Source: Eledone cirrhosa
Taxonomy: Eukaryota
Reading direction: 5' to 3'
Assembly (NCBI GenBank): GCA_964016885.1
Contig: OZ024747.1
Span: 75,516,001-75,580,000 of the forward strand
Length of the DNA stretch: 64,000 bases
A program made the translations under genes and the position numbers. Positions within the stretch are counted from its first letter, which is position 1, and each line of letters starts with the position of its first letter. Positions 25,617-40,359 of this stretch are shown piece by piece. The notes beneath the pieces are model-generated. The model saw only the letters and a program-made list of their open reading frames with translations, ran no database searches and was not told where the DNA came from.

Positions 25617-27924
25617 TGATAGATAGATGGAGAAAGTAAGAGAAAGAGAAATGGAGCAACAAATGGAGAGATTATGAGACTAAATGAAAAAGAAAAAGAA
25701 TTATCTCTAACTGAAAATAAACAAACTGACTCCTAAATCCGTATCTGATTTCTGATAAGCTCTTAGAAACTGTTGTAGCAGTCTATTTTACAGTGTTCGG
25801 CTTTTCCTTATACATCGGCACAAGGCTGGGCGGCCATATTGGATAGTGTTATGTAGAAACTAAACTCTTTTTTTTTAACATACACAAAGGATAGTGTAGT
25901 ATGTGAGTTTTAATAACAAGGGGAAAATAAAAAAAAAAACCTAACAACCTGAATCTTCATATTGTGTTATGTATCTGTCAGTGACACAAGGAAAATATCG
26001 TTAATTGTGCCCAAAATTTAGTTTATATTTCTCAAGTTTCAAACTCATGGCTGAATGTATAGCCGGTTACACTTGCCGAAAATGTTAAACATTTGTAATC
26101 ACAAAATTCCCAAACCTAAAACCAACAGGATTTGGGAGTAAAGAAAGGATTGTTTTTTACTTTTTACTCTTATTTGGCTTTTAAAAATTATAGTTAATTA
26201 TTTCCACATCAACCAATATAGTGTAGAGATTAAGCTAAAGATATTTTGTCTAAGACTTTATGATCTAATACATAATTAATTAACCCAAATTTTAGGTTAT
26301 ATTTGTTATAATCTTCATTGTTTTTCCCACGTTACCTTCTGTTAAATTGGGGTATATTTGAAGGCATTCTAGGCATAACCGTCTCGTTTCTCTAGGTATA
26401 TCTACGAATTCCTTTACTTAAAGATAATACGATGTGATTTGAGTAAGATTTGGCTTCTATATCTAGCATGGCGAGTGACTATATAGAGGCTCCCTGATTA
26501 GTTTGAGTGTTATTTAGTTTAGATATCCTGAATGAAAATTGAGTTTTATATTTATCTATTTAGTTAATTAGAGAAAGAGGGGGCACTGCCATTACATAGA
26601 ACTGTGGTGCAGGGAAGAGACAGCAGTGTTAGAACGGCGGGCGAACTGAGTTCAAATCCTACTGAGTCTAATTTTGTCTTCCTTCCGGGGGTTAATAATT
26701 GAAGTGGCTTGGGATGTGGACTGCTGAAATCGGATGGGATGCGTTGTGGTATTTTTTCCGCCTCTTTACGTACTCAGTTGAAATCCCACCGAGGGCTATA
26801 TGAGTGGTGGCTATAATCCGTCGCCCGGTTCATCTCCACTTCCTAGCCCATGGGTGCCATTATCGGAACCAGCTCTATTTCGACCATTCGATTCAAATTT
26901 TTGGTTTAAGAATTCAAATGGCCAACTTTGTGACATATAGTGTTATGCTGAATCTTCACGAAAATTATGTTAGGATTGCTCGTGTTTGTGGAATTCTCAG
27001 TCACTTGCACGTTAATGTTACAAGCAGGTCGGTCCATTTATCGAACAATTATCAGCGACACTGACGATAGTTCATTTATATGTGTATGTGTTTATGTGTG
27101 TGTATGTGTATGTCTGTATGTGTGTATCAGAGAGAGAGAGATTTGAATCAACTGCGACTTCCTGAATCAAAACATCGGAATCAAATTCGCAGCGAAAGTT
27201 TCTTTGTGTTGCGATTACTCTGCAAGATCTGGCCTCTTAGTTACACTTAAGCAATCAATATCAATTATCTATAAACTATAATCTATAAAGAATAATCAAA
27301 TAAATATATACAAATGTTAAAATCGTTTTTGAAAACATAAGTCTTCACCTGAGCCCATTTATCAACAATCAGTACTATCTCAAGGTATTCTATCTTAGCA
27401 AATGATTTATAATATTATTTATGTGAACCATAACAAGATTAAACATACCCTATCTTATCATTATCTCGAAGACATTCAAGAATAACTAATCCTGTTATTT
27501 TCAAATAGATTTTTCATTAGTATTATAGCAAATCAGTGCATCGATATATCTTCTCTTAACACACACTCTACTCACTTATAAACTATACCATTCTTTTGTA
27601 AACATACATACATAAAAACATGTACACACACATAAAACATGCACACACACATAAAAACATGCACACATACACAAAAACATGCACTAAGCAGCATAAGTTT
27701 AATAAACTGTTAGCGTTTTATCAAATCACATCTATCATGGTTGATAAACATATAAGGAATATCATACTCGGAGACTAAATATTATCTACATAGTCAACTG
27801 TCAATTCAATCAGTATACATCTTGTCATTGTAATAAGGTTCAGAGTTCAAATCCTATAATTGGAGCTATCTCACATATCTTCCTTTTTTAAAATTGCAAT
27901 TATTACAGGATAGATTCAACTGGC

Positions 27925-28120
27925 AAAAAACAATCGGCAGGAGACCCAGTGGTTGACCTCGCGCAAGATAACTGGATAACATCCATGAATTCGGTTGGTC
28001 TCGCATGGACATCCAGCCAGATTCATTGGAGGTGGTTACTTCTGACAGGATCATAGGACCTGCTGGAAGGAGTGTTTGTGGACTCTGCCCCTACTAACTC
28101 CCTACTAATAAGAAGAAGAA
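27925..28120 (+). mobile_element. RTE-like LINE 3' end
   Basis: RPSG*PRAR*LDNIHEFGWSRMDIQPDSLE..WKECL followed by an AAG-repeat tail. Homologous to 31700-31822 and 39923-40135. Confidence 0.7.
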
Positions 28121-29325
28121 CAGTTCAAACCTTGCTGCGGTTATATCTGCTCCTCTGAATACAATTCTAGATGAATTCTGCATAAATTCTATATAAAACT
28201 AAATTGACCTGAAGGAAATCCCTTAAGTTGAACAATGGCATGAGTGAGGTATTATAAACCGAGCGGCAGTATATATAAATAGTTCAGGTGACATAGGTAA
28301 ACAGATTTTGCACCCGAATAATAACCTATATAAGAATGGTTTGTTGGTTATGTTGTTGCTGTGTTTTAGGTCTCTTCTGTTTTTAGTCAATGTGTAATCA
28401 ATACAGTATTTTTCAAATAATAATTGTTTTTATTTCTAAAAAGGTAGTTTAAGGGATATTTAGTTATTATTTATAACAAGTCAATTGACCATGTAGAGGT
28501 TCACTTGTTTCGTTGATTTACTGTGCTGGATTCAAATGCTCCTAGAAGTTGGAGACTCATGGCTTCCAACAAGATTCGTCATAGATATGATCCAGTGCTT
28601 CTATCTTCGATCCAATGGACTATAAGACATAACACTGATATTATACTAAATTGGATGAGAAACCAGTGAAACGCAGATAAAATAATTTGTATTATTTCGT
28701 TATGTCCGTTTATGTTCTGAATTCAAATTTTGTCAGTATTGATATTGCCTTCCCCCTTAACATGCTTGATTTTGTTATTACTGTTGTTGTTGTTATTATT
28801 GGCTTTGTTGTTTAATCTGAGAGGGATCCTATTTGAGGAGATCTTTGATTGAAAGTATTTCGGTTATGACCGTTACGTCTCTTATGAATAACATGATCCT
28901 ACGCTACCTTTTCTAAGAATATGAGAAGGATTTTGTGACTAATTCTAACAGATTGAGCGACCACGCAGATGCCTCATGATTGGCTCAGACTATTGACTAG
29001 AACTCGTCAATACGGTATTGTTTCAACATAGTCCATGTTGAAGGTTAGTAGCAGCCAAATCTCTCTCGAACCACAGCCTACTGTTCTTAATAAACACATT
29101 AGATAATGTAGTAGGAGGCGTGCAATATCCGGAAAACAAGACCCAAAATAAAAGAGGATTGTTATAGCTGGATTGCTGGCCTTGTGCCAAAAGTAGAAAC
29201 AATTATTACTCTGAGGTGACACAACCTTATCCAGTGCTTTGCTGCACATTCCTGATTGTATATCTACAGCCAAAACTTCTTTTACTAAACTTCCATTTGT
29301 ATATATATATATATATATATATATA

Positions 29326-29520
<195 letters not shown>

Positions 29521-29568
29521 GTATATATATATATATATATATAGTATATATATATATATATATATACA

Positions 29569-29606
<38 letters not shown>

Positions 29607-29623
29607 TATATATACATATATAT

Positions 29624-29779
29624 ATATGAAAAAGTTTGTCCTTATCAGTGGCCATCCAACCGTCGTAGGCATTTCGTCGCATTAAAGGCCTACGACGGTT
29701 GGATGGCCACTGATGAGGACAAACTTTTTCATATGTAACCCATTTGCAGCGCCGCAGCTCCATTATTATCATATTTACA
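29624..29779 (+). mobile_element. Fold-back insert in (TA)n: 47-bp arms plus tail of about 45 bp
   Basis: Arms 29624-29670 and 29688-29734 with 1 mismatch. CTGATGA is present at 29710-16 but there is no complete hammerhead. Confidence 0.8.
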
Positions 29780-29801
29780 CACACATATATATATATATAC
29801 A

Positions 29802-29882
<81 letters not shown>

Positions 29883-31699
29883 TGTATATATACTGTATAT
29901 ATATATATATATATATATAGCAGAGCATCCACTATTTTAATAAATTAATGAAAAATAATATGTTTATTTCTCATTCAATATATCCTGCCTCGCACTTGGT
30001 ACCCACCATTATATGTAAGACGTCTCTCTGGATTGATTGCGTTTCTAATATTTAAAGTCGACCTTGTTGGTGATTCTCTGTTAGATATTTTTAATATCTT
30101 GGATATTCTAGATGTTAGTAATAAACTGAGGTTATCGCTTCTACTGAATAGGAATGGGAATCGTATTGAAGTGGAATTATTTCCAGCGAGCCTACAGAAA
30201 TAAGATCTTTATTGAAGTAAATCTTTCCTCAGAGATTGAGAACGTCCTGCAAATTAGATTTTTCCCGAGGGGATCTATCTACACGAAGGAAATATTTACC
30301 CGATATTATAGAAATTATGCTTCATCACAACCTTTAAATGAGTAAATAAATATATAAATAAATAAATTTCCTATAAATTCTATATAAACCATATTATATA
30401 AACTGTATTATATCATCTCCCGCTTTTAATCTCATATATTCTCAAATATTTTAGAATTTATAAACAATTTTATGTAATTTATTTATGAATATTTTTTATT
30501 TACAAATTTTGCTATTTCTCACTCGCAAGATTCAGTGAGTGTGAAGTAACAAAGAAAACCATTCTTAAAGTTGCAATAGATTGGAGATGCACAAGAGAGT
30601 GAGAAAAGAAGGAAAGCAAGAAAGAAATAAGGGTGAGGATATATTGTGTATTTCGAGGCTGAATAGCATTTATTAATGAAAGAAAACACCACCAACAGCA
30701 ACAAATAAATAATGAACATAAAGCAAAAATGTATATATACACATATACATTCGCACACATACACACATACACGTGCACATTCATGCACGTGTATGTTTGT
30801 TTGCTAAGAACATTAAATCAGTGTTTTATTCTACTATATCAAAGATGACGTATAACTGAAAAAAATATTAAAAACCAAAACTCCTGTCATTGCTGTTACT
30901 ACTGTTGTAACTGTTACTGCTACTGCTACTAATACTGCTAATGCTACTATTATATAGTATATCAAGAATTAATTTAAACTACATCACAATGGGTAGCTTG
31001 TCTTATAACCGTTCCTATGATGTTTTTAAAAGTCCAATAAACAAATTAGAACTACAAACAAATGTCAGAATATTAATCTTTCTGTTGACAGAAAAGCAAA
31101 ACAAAATGGATTGACCTGACCGGTTTCGGTTCTAGTTGATAACTTTTTACTGAGAATAGGATTAAGAATCGCATTGAAGTGGAATGGTTTTCAATGAGCC
31201 TACAAAAATAAGATCTTCATTCAGAGAAATATTACCTCAAACTGAGAATTTCTTCGCCCACAGAATGATATATAGTGAATAAGCTCTTAAGCTGTTAGCT
31301 ACATATCTTTACCATGATAGAAAAAGATGTGCTGCTAAGTTCTGAAAGGGATCCCAATTTAACTATACATCCTTTCGTGGGCAGAGTAATGATTCGTTTG
31401 AGGTTGTTCCTTTGGTCTTCACAGGAACTTTGAAATCAATGAGATCAATACGTCTAACCTTCATTTTGATTAATAATCATCCCTTTCCTAAAAGAATTCA
31501 TGTCGATATTATAAGCCATGTTGCTAAAGCAGATCATCACTTTATGTCTGATATCTACTGTTAAATAAATGTAGCACTTGATAAGTTATTGTTGCCATTT
31601 AATGGTAGATGCTTCCAAACGATAACTAGAAATTAATATTGGGTGAAGAAAAATGATTGCTGTAAAGATTGGTGGTTAAACCGCGAGAGTGATTGTTTG

Positions 31700-31820
31700 A
31701 TTCCATCCATGAGATCGGCTGGTCTCGCTTGGGGATCCAGCCGGATCAGTTGGAGAGGGTTACAGGACTTGCTGGAAGGAGTGTTTGAAGACTCTGCCCC
31801 CATCCACCCACGACCCTCCC

Positions 31821-31878
<58 letters not shown>

Positions 31879-31887
31879 GATAATAAT
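31700..31887 (+). mobile_element. RTE-like LINE 3' end with (TAA)n tail
   Basis: Same family as 27925-28120. (AAT)n runs 31822-31887. Confidence 0.7.
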
Positions 31888-32892
31888 AGACTACAGAAAG
31901 GCATTTGACATGGTGCCTCATTCCTGGATCACCAAAAGCCTGGAGATCTTCAGGGTGGCAGATAACATCAGACAGTTGCTGGGCAGGAGTATGGGGTCCT
32001 GGGAGACAGAGTTGACATCAACTGGAGTATCCTTGGGAAGCGTGAAGATCAAGAGAGGTATCTTCCAGGGAGATAGCCTGTCCCCTCTGTTGTTTGTCCT
32101 TGCCCTGATGCCCTTGACCATTATGCTGCGAAAAGTGAGAGCAGGATACAAGTTGGGAAGGGGAGAGCTTACCATCAATCACCTCCTCTTCATGGACGAT
32201 CTTAAGCTCTTCGGGAAAAGTGAGAAGGAGTTGGATGTGCTTGTTGACACTGTCCGTATTTTCAGCAGTGATATATGTATGCAGTTTGGTATTGGTAAAT
32301 GTGGAGTCATTGTGATGAGGAGGGGTAGGTTGAGCAGAAGTAACGGGATCCAGATACCAACAGGTGAGATGATAAAGGAAATTGACTCTGAGGAAGGATA
32401 CAAGTATTTGGGCGTTCTGGAGGCTGATGGCATAAAGAACAAAAAAATGAAGGAATTGTTAAGAACTGAATACATTCGGAGAGTAAGGAGCGTATTGAAG
32501 TCACATCTGAACAGCAGAAATGCCATAAGCGCAGTAAATTCCCGAGCTGTGTCTATTATTAGGTACAGTGCGGGAATTCTGAGATGGAATGTTGCTGAAC
32601 AAAAAGAAATGGATAGGAAGACTAGGAAGCTATTGACTATCTACAACATGTTCCACAAGAGAAGTGATGTCGATAGACTCTACCTAAGGAGATCTGAGGG
32701 TGGAAGAGGTCTTATCAGCATAGAGGACTGTGTTCAGATGGAGAAAAACAACCTATACAAATACGTGACCTATAGTAAGGAGCCAATGCTCAGAGCTGTA
32801 CTGAAGGAGGGGACAGTAGGCCAGGGGATATCCAAGGAGGAAATAACATCAAGGAGGAAGAGCAGCCTTAAGGGAAAATCCCTTCATAGTAA
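31888..32892 (+). mobile_element. Non-LTR retrotransposon RT fragment, R4/Dong-like
   Basis: Uninterrupted frame DYRKAFDMVPHSWI...RGIFQGDSLSPLLF...NHLLFMDDLKL...YKYLG...DRLYL.R..GGRGL. The 5' end abuts (TAA)n and the 3' end is lost at (TA)n. Clade assignment is from recalled motifs. Confidence 0.85.
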
Positions 32893-32898
32893 AAAACC

Positions 32899-32956
<58 letters not shown>

Positions 32957-32961
<5 letters not shown>

Positions 32962-33123
32962 AACAAGTATGACCCCGACGGCAGAGCTCAAGCCGTTTCG
33001 ACGAAACGGCTTGAGCTCTGCCGTGGGGGTCGTACTTGTTCCTATTACCCACTCTACTACCCTAAGTATTGAGTACTTTGGTGCGTTATGGTTCATCTGG
33101 TTCCTTACCACAATTCCTTCGTT
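32957..33123 (+). mobile_element. Fold-back insert in (TA)n (family C): 44-bp arms plus 78-bp tail
   Basis: Arms 32957-33000 and 33002-33045 with 2 mismatches. The tail is nearly identical to 45428-45504. Confidence 0.88.
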
Positions 33124-33597
33124 ATATATATATATATATATATATATGGTTGTAGTTTTCGGTTTCATTCTGTTTAACGTCGTCAGCCAGCCTGAGATGA
33201 CGGGTGTAAGATAAATTAGTTAGTTGTTAATGATTGAATTATATTCTGCTGAATAACAATATAGGGTAGACAAAAAAGACAAAATATACAAAGAAGGCAA
33301 ACAAACACAGAAAATAGAGAATAGAAAGGAATATATGAAGATGATTAATAAGATAATCGATAGAATACAAGTGGTAGACATATGGGAAATGTTTGGTTGG
33401 CACAAATAGGCTGCTGACAGAAACTACACCACACAACCTATCAAAGCTATATCAAACAGCAAAACGACACACCTTCCCAACACATACATCGACTTAAAAC
33501 ATTAAACATTCTTGAAAACGTTAGTGTAAGACAAGAAACCTCTCATATGCGCAATTAACCAAGCTCTCTCTATATAGTTATTATGTATATGTATATA

Positions 33598-33652
<55 letters not shown>

Positions 33653-34029
33653 GGAGAGATAATTATGTATATACGTTTGTATATGCACATTTATAGGTGT
33701 GCACGTATATATATGTTCATATATTATATAGGTATGTACGTATAAGTATACACATATGTAGGTATGTGCGTATATGTATGCACATATATAGGTAGGTGAG
33801 TGCATGTATGTACGTATATATATATATATATATACATACACATGTATGTATGCATATATAAAATGACATTTCTCATAACTCAATATCGAAAATCAACAAG
33901 ACCTACATCACTAAATACAATTGCTCAGCTACAAATACGTTTAACACGAGAAATTCATCCGAAACTAACCATCGAACAATACATCGTACCCATATCAATA
34001 GACAAATAAAAAGTTAATACAGACAATAA

Positions 34030-34406
34030 ACGAGGGTTGGCCGAAAGGTTTATAGGCGGAATATGAAAGAGTGATGTTAGGGCAGTGAAATCTTGCATGT
34101 ACGAGGGTTGGCACAAAGGTTCATAGACTGAATATAAAGAAGTCATGTTAGAGCAGTGAAATATTGCATGCATTAATTACAACTCTTCTTATTAATAGTT
34201 GCATTATTTTTTTCTTGGTACAATATTGAAAAATAAAATTCATTTGGGTCATTTTATGAGAATATCTCGATAATGCTAAAAAACTGTTCAACCTACTCTT
34301 ATACATACCCGAGAGTAGGCTGAACAGCCGACCCTCCTATATACACGAGGGTAGGCTGAATAGCCGACCCTTATATATAAATGAGGGTAGGCTGAACAGC
34401 CGAGCC
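34030..34406. mobile_element. Mariner-type MITE fragments and three tandem TIR-only mini-palindromes
   Basis: CGAGGGTTGGC(C/A)(G/C)AAAGGTT(T/C)ATAG ends at about 34031 and 34102. GAGGGTAGGCTG-AA-CAGCCGACCCTC-like units occur three times at 34310-34406. Confidence 0.65.
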
Positions 34407-35106
34407 TGGTATGTCATACTCATCATAACAAAATATATGACAATTATTTTAAACATACCTTAAAAATGAAACTATTCTACCAATCCTTTATAACTAAAAC
34501 TATGAATTATCTGACAGCATTCACAAAGACAGCTTTAGACAACATTCTTGCAAAAACATCGTCTGGTTTTCTAGCATTTAATCATTAAATGACGCTGATA
34601 GTTGATAGTAAAATGAATTCTGGTGAGCAACTAGTCATGTTATATTTGTTCTACAACTAATCTACTCACCCCTCCCTTTCCTGTTATATCTGTCTCTCTT
34701 TGTATCTCATATAGCTCACTATTGTTGTAGCTGTCTGTATGTACCAGTCTGTGTGTCTCTCTCTGTCTGTCTAAAGATTATAATAACACACGTTTGATAT
34801 TATTCATTGTGTAGAGTGAAATAATAATATACATATGTAATTATATAAAAAAATACAAACATAAACAGTCATATTGTTTTGTCTTGTTTATTCCACTGAC
34901 AACATTTTCGCTTCTGTCAGACAATGTGACCCTTGATGGACCAGCTCTACCCCGTCGGTAAGGGGTCAGTACTGGGAAAGTCCACCTTGACAGCTTGTAA
35001 TTTCAAAAAAACTTTGTTAAGTTTTCCTCTTCAAAAAAATTTATTTTCGTTTTTCCTTGTTTTCGATCGTTGTTTTCTTTTTGTTAATTTTCTTAATTAT
35101 ACATAT

Positions 35107-35412
35107 TACTCTTTTACTCTTTTACCTGTTCCAGCCTTCCGGCTGAGACCATGCTGGGGCATCTCCAGCCATCCGGCTGAGGCCATGCTGGGGCATCTCC
35201 AGCCTGTGTTGGCTGGCCATTGGTGTAAGAGGGAGTTCGTTGCTGCCACCCTTAGGTTACCTTCGTACTGTGCTGTGGGCTCATCCGGGATCCTGGATAG
35301 CAGAGTGTCAAGAAGTTCCTTGAAAACATCCACGTCCATACCATGCAGATCTCTCAAATTTCTTGGTAGCTTGTTGAAGAGTTGAGGGCCTTTGAACCCC
35401 AGGTTATTACAA
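35107..35412 (-). mobile_element. LINE 3' end (CR1-superclade-like)
   Basis: NNLGFKGPQLFNKLPRNLRDL...FKELLDTLLSRIPDEP...AATNSL. The 3' UTR has a duplication of about 32 bp and a short-repeat tail (AAGAGTAA). Confidence 0.7.
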
Positions 35413-36170
35413 TATAATATGTATATATGATTTAACAAAAACACGTTGATTTAATCCGTCGCTCAGTTTAACACTAAATCTCTGGACTTCGTAATGTTCA
35501 ATCTGATTCAAGTGTTTGAGACAGGTTTCAGGTTTAAGGATACCACTCTTTCTATCGTCGTCTCTGTCCACCCATCAGTTTCAGAAACTATTCAAAGTGC
35601 CTTTTTATTCTGAGTAAATAACATAAAATGTATAATGAATGGTATAACTGACTATCACCTTCTCTCCACACCCATCAGTTTCAGAGGCAATGAAAGCCTC
35701 ATGGACCCTGCTTTTCATTCTAGAATGTATAAAGAATGGTAAAACCGAGTATCAACAATTGAATTTTAAATGCCACAAATTCTGTTTCTTTAAAACCAGA
35801 TGCGTTTGGAATGTTTCCTTCTAGGTTTTTTAAATATATGTACCTGTTGGTAAAAACAACCTTTAAAGCAATTCTCGATTAGGACGCTATAAACCCCGAG
35901 GGTAGAGTTAATGTCTGATTGGTCTTTTGTTGAACATGTGAGAACTGTTAAGGAAAGCAAGTTGCTTGAGGTAATGTGGTTACAAGTTGAATGAACTATA
36001 TTATTTTTGGTAGATTTCTGGAATCAACGCATTGAAGAACATGCAACATATTTCACAACATAATCATGTTTCTATTGAAAATCTTATGATATTTATAATT
36101 TGTTGGAAAATGAATAGGAATTTTAGTGCTGATAAAGCAAAGAACCCGCCTTCTCTCTTATACACACTCA

Positions 36171-36217
<47 letters not shown>

Positions 36218-36230
36218 GTATATATATATA

Positions 36231-36317
<87 letters not shown>

Positions 36318-36339
36318 GTATATATATATATATATATAC

Positions 36340-36409
<70 letters not shown>

Positions 36410-36478
36410 TATATACACACGTAATATACATACATATATTTATATATATAAGTATATATATATATATATATATATATA

Positions 36479-36644
36479 CGATATTAACAAATGGAAACTA
36501 TATTTATAAAACCATATTTATTTTATTATACATATTTCAAGGACACCACGCTAAATTATGGTGTGCTTTCATCAGACAAAATACAATATAGATCAGTTTT
36601 ATAAATAAATATTGACATACCCTTAACAATTTAAATAGAACTTT

Positions 36645-36648
<4 letters not shown>
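36479..36648 (-). ncRNA. Family A insert with type-I hammerhead (36519-36583)
   Basis: TATTTTGT-CTGATGA-AAGCACACCAT-AATTTAGC-GTGGTGTCCTT-GAAA-T-ATGT-A-TA-ATAAAATA. A forward 3' tail AACAATTTAAATAGAACTTTTGC lies at about 36625-36648. (TA)n on both sides. Confidence 0.85.
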
Positions 36649-36688
<40 letters not shown>

Positions 36689-36875
36689 GGTTTGAGGTTC
36701 ACCACTGTATAGAGCTGGTCTATTCCGTATGGTCAATCGTAATGCAATAATATAGAGAGTACTCAACGTAAAGCAGTTCAACCGTCTTTGTTTTTGTAGT
36801 TGGTGGTGCTATTACGGAGTTAAATATCATAATGAAATGACAGGAGGCTGGATTTGTGTAAATCCTTGAAAGGTT

Positions 36876-36950
36876 TATTATACTATGATCATTTCAATGG
36901 CCGGGTTCCGTATGAATCCGGTGATATCATCAGGTATTCGAAATATAATA
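36876..36950 (-). ncRNA. Type-I hammerhead ribozyme (separate family)
   Basis: ATAC-CTGATGA-TATCACCGGATTC-ATACG-GAACCCGGCCATT-GAAA-T-GATC-A-TA-GTAT. Palindromic stem III ATGATCAT. About 190 nt of tail reaches (TA)n at 36685. Confidence 0.78.
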
Positions 36951-37341
36951 CGTGAATGTAATAGATAAAATCCATGGGGCTGAAAATCGAGGACCCGAGG
37001 GCGACCGCTATTCTGCTCCTTCAACCTCACCAGGACGCCTAGCTACTCCCCCTCTTTCTTTATATTTTTATTTTTGTATTTTTCTTTATTTATTTTAACA
37101 ACCTTTTATTTATTTTTTGTATTTTAGTAACTCATTCTTCTTCCGCCAAGCGTGAAACTAATACACTTCATGTTATTACATTCTCTTGTTTGTTCGCTTC
37201 GTGCTTTCTTGACTTATATATATATATATATATACGATTTCTTACGAATGAAACAGTTCTAGTCCTGTAGAAGTCATTTCTATGATGAAATATATATGCC
37301 TATACTCTAGAAGCGTGTATCTTAATTGTGATCTCCTACCG

Positions 37342-37382
<41 letters not shown>

Positions 37383-37837
37383 CCACCATCGCATATACCT
37401 CATACACCACACACACACACACATACGACACACACGCACATACCACACACACACTCACATACACACCATGCACACAATCAGAAACGCCCCACTACCACAA
37501 CACACACACACATACACACCATATAGACACCACACATATACCGCAGGACACCCAAACGTGTGTGTATATGTGGTATATGTGTGGGGTATATATATATGTG
37601 CTATATGTGTGGGATATATATATGTGGTATGTGTGTGGGGAGATAATTGTTTAATTATAATTAAGGCCTCGATATTGTGTTATATTTCCTGTACAACTTG
37701 AGTATTTGACCAAAGCAGCGACGAAACATTCTAATCTATTGCATAACTTAATCCAGCACTTATGATTGTTAGTTGTTTAGAAATAAACCTGTAAAGGTTT
37801 GGGCCTAAGGGTAACATTTTAAGCAATCCCAGTAACA

Positions 37838-38549
<712 letters not shown>

Positions 38550-38854
38550 CGTAGAAGCAGTATGTTTCCTATTGAGACTAGTCTTTTCACCAGTGGTCTC
38601 TTGTATTCCATTTAAAGATACTAAAATATTAGACTTAAGTATCTCTCTCTGAATAATTGTATCCGTTCCGATAATTTGTGAAATTTTCCTCGAGTAAGTT
38701 TATGATGATGAGTCTTTTCAGAACATTTTATTTCAACTTGAATGTGCTGCTAACAGAGCTTCAATATCTACTACACTAGTTTGGAAATATTTTAAAACAA
38801 TACGTTATCCATTACAACTTAGTCCCTCCGAATTTATAGTGTATTGGGTTACGT

Positions 38855-39040
38855 AGGAGGGTCGGCTGAAAGGTTTATAGACTGAGCAAGATACTCCCAT
38901 GGAATGACCAAATGAGGTTTATTTTTCAACATAGTCCTTGGAAAGAAACAATGGAGTTATTAATAAGGAGAGTTGAAATTAAGATTTTACAGCACCAGCA
39001 TCACTTCTTCATAGTTAGCTTATGAACGTTTCACAGGCTG
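38855..39040. mobile_element. Mariner-derived MITE
   Basis: Degenerate TIRs GAGGGTCGGCTGAAAGGTTTATAG / TTAGCTTATGAACGTTTCA. Homologous copy at 40360-40561. Confidence 0.7.
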
Positions 39041-39102
<62 letters not shown>

Positions 39103-39292
39103 AGCAGTAACATTGTCATCATAATCAACAGTCGTCTTCGTCTATTATCAGAAAACTATGAACTTTACTGAAGTTCTGAATATTTAATATTTTACCGGTA
39201 GAAAATTTTTCAATCTCAAATTCTTGATTTTAATTCTTACTTTCATTATTTTCGTTAAAAATCATTCCGTCTCGTTCTGATTCTTATCTATT

Positions 39293-39404
39293 CTGCTGCT
39301 GCTGCTGCTGCTGCTGTTGTTGTTGTTGTTGTTGTTGCTGCTGTTGTTGCTGTTGCTGTTGCTGTTGTTGTTGTTGTTGCTGCTGTTGTTGCTGTTGCTG
39401 TTGC

Positions 39405-39457
<53 letters not shown>

Positions 39458-39461
39458 TTGC

Positions 39462-39534
<73 letters not shown>

Positions 39535-39560
39535 GCTGCTGCTGCTGTTGTTGCTGTTGC

Positions 39561-39594
<34 letters not shown>

Positions 39595-39690
39595 GCTGCT
39601 GTTGTTGCTGTTGCTGTTGCTGCTGTTGTTGTTGTTGTTGCTATTGTTGTTGCTATTGTTGTTGTTGCTGGGTTTGTTATTGTTGTTTTA
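39293..39690. repeat. (TTG/CTG)n trinucleotide array
   Basis: Direct reading. Confidence 0.97.
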
Positions 39691-39922
39691 AAACCAATCG
39701 GTTTATCAGAAACCAGGGTGTTTGAAATTGTCTGTTATTTAGTTCAATATTTTACATGTAAATTTATTTTGCATTTCCAGACGACACAGCAATCTCACGG
39801 TATCGGCAGCCATACTTAAATATTGACAAAAAGATAAACACTACTAAACACGCTTCCCTCATACCTTCTTCTTTGATAAAAGATAAAGATCCTAATATAA
39901 CATGTCTTAAAATGTGTTAGGG

Positions 39923-40135
39923 TTCTTCTTCTTCTTCTTCTTCTTCTTCTTCTTCTTCTTCTTCTTCTTCTTCTTCTTGGGAGAGTCTTGGTAGAAGGGT
40001 CCAGAAACACTCCTTCCAGTGGGCCCTGTAAGAAGTAACCGCCTCCAATTGATCCAGCTGGATCTCCAAGTGAGACCAGCCGAGTTCATGCATGTTAGTC
40101 AACCATCTTGCTTGGGTCGCCTGTCAGTTGCTTTT
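39923..40135 (-). mobile_element. RTE-like LINE 3' end with (GAA)n tail
   Basis: HELGWSHLEIQLDQLEAVT...WKECFWTLLPRLSQ followed by (GAA)n. Confidence 0.72.
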
Positions 40136-40359
40136 GCCCGTACAGTGATTCTTTTTATAGATCTACATACACACGGCGGGTTTCTGCAGTTTCTGTCTAC
40201 CAAATTCCCACCTTCCACTAACAAGGCGTCAACCCACGACTATAGTGGGAGACAGTTGGGAAAACTGCTGCACAGCGGAGCTGCACCCTCACCCAATGGC
40301 TACAAAGTAGACTCCTTAACGTCACACCAATGCTGCACCAAATGTTCAATATTCACTAA

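Noticed and set aside
29700-29735. CTGATGAG as a hammerhead core
   Set aside because: No stem II, GAAA or UH follows; at most a deleted remnant.
31108-31145. Minus-strand CCGAAACCGGTC hammerhead-like 3' half
   Set aside because: No upstream core and not beside a TA array; could be chance.
33148-33195. Minus-strand CTGACGA...GAAA near (TA)n
   Set aside because: Weak stem II, no cleavage triplet and no stem I partner.
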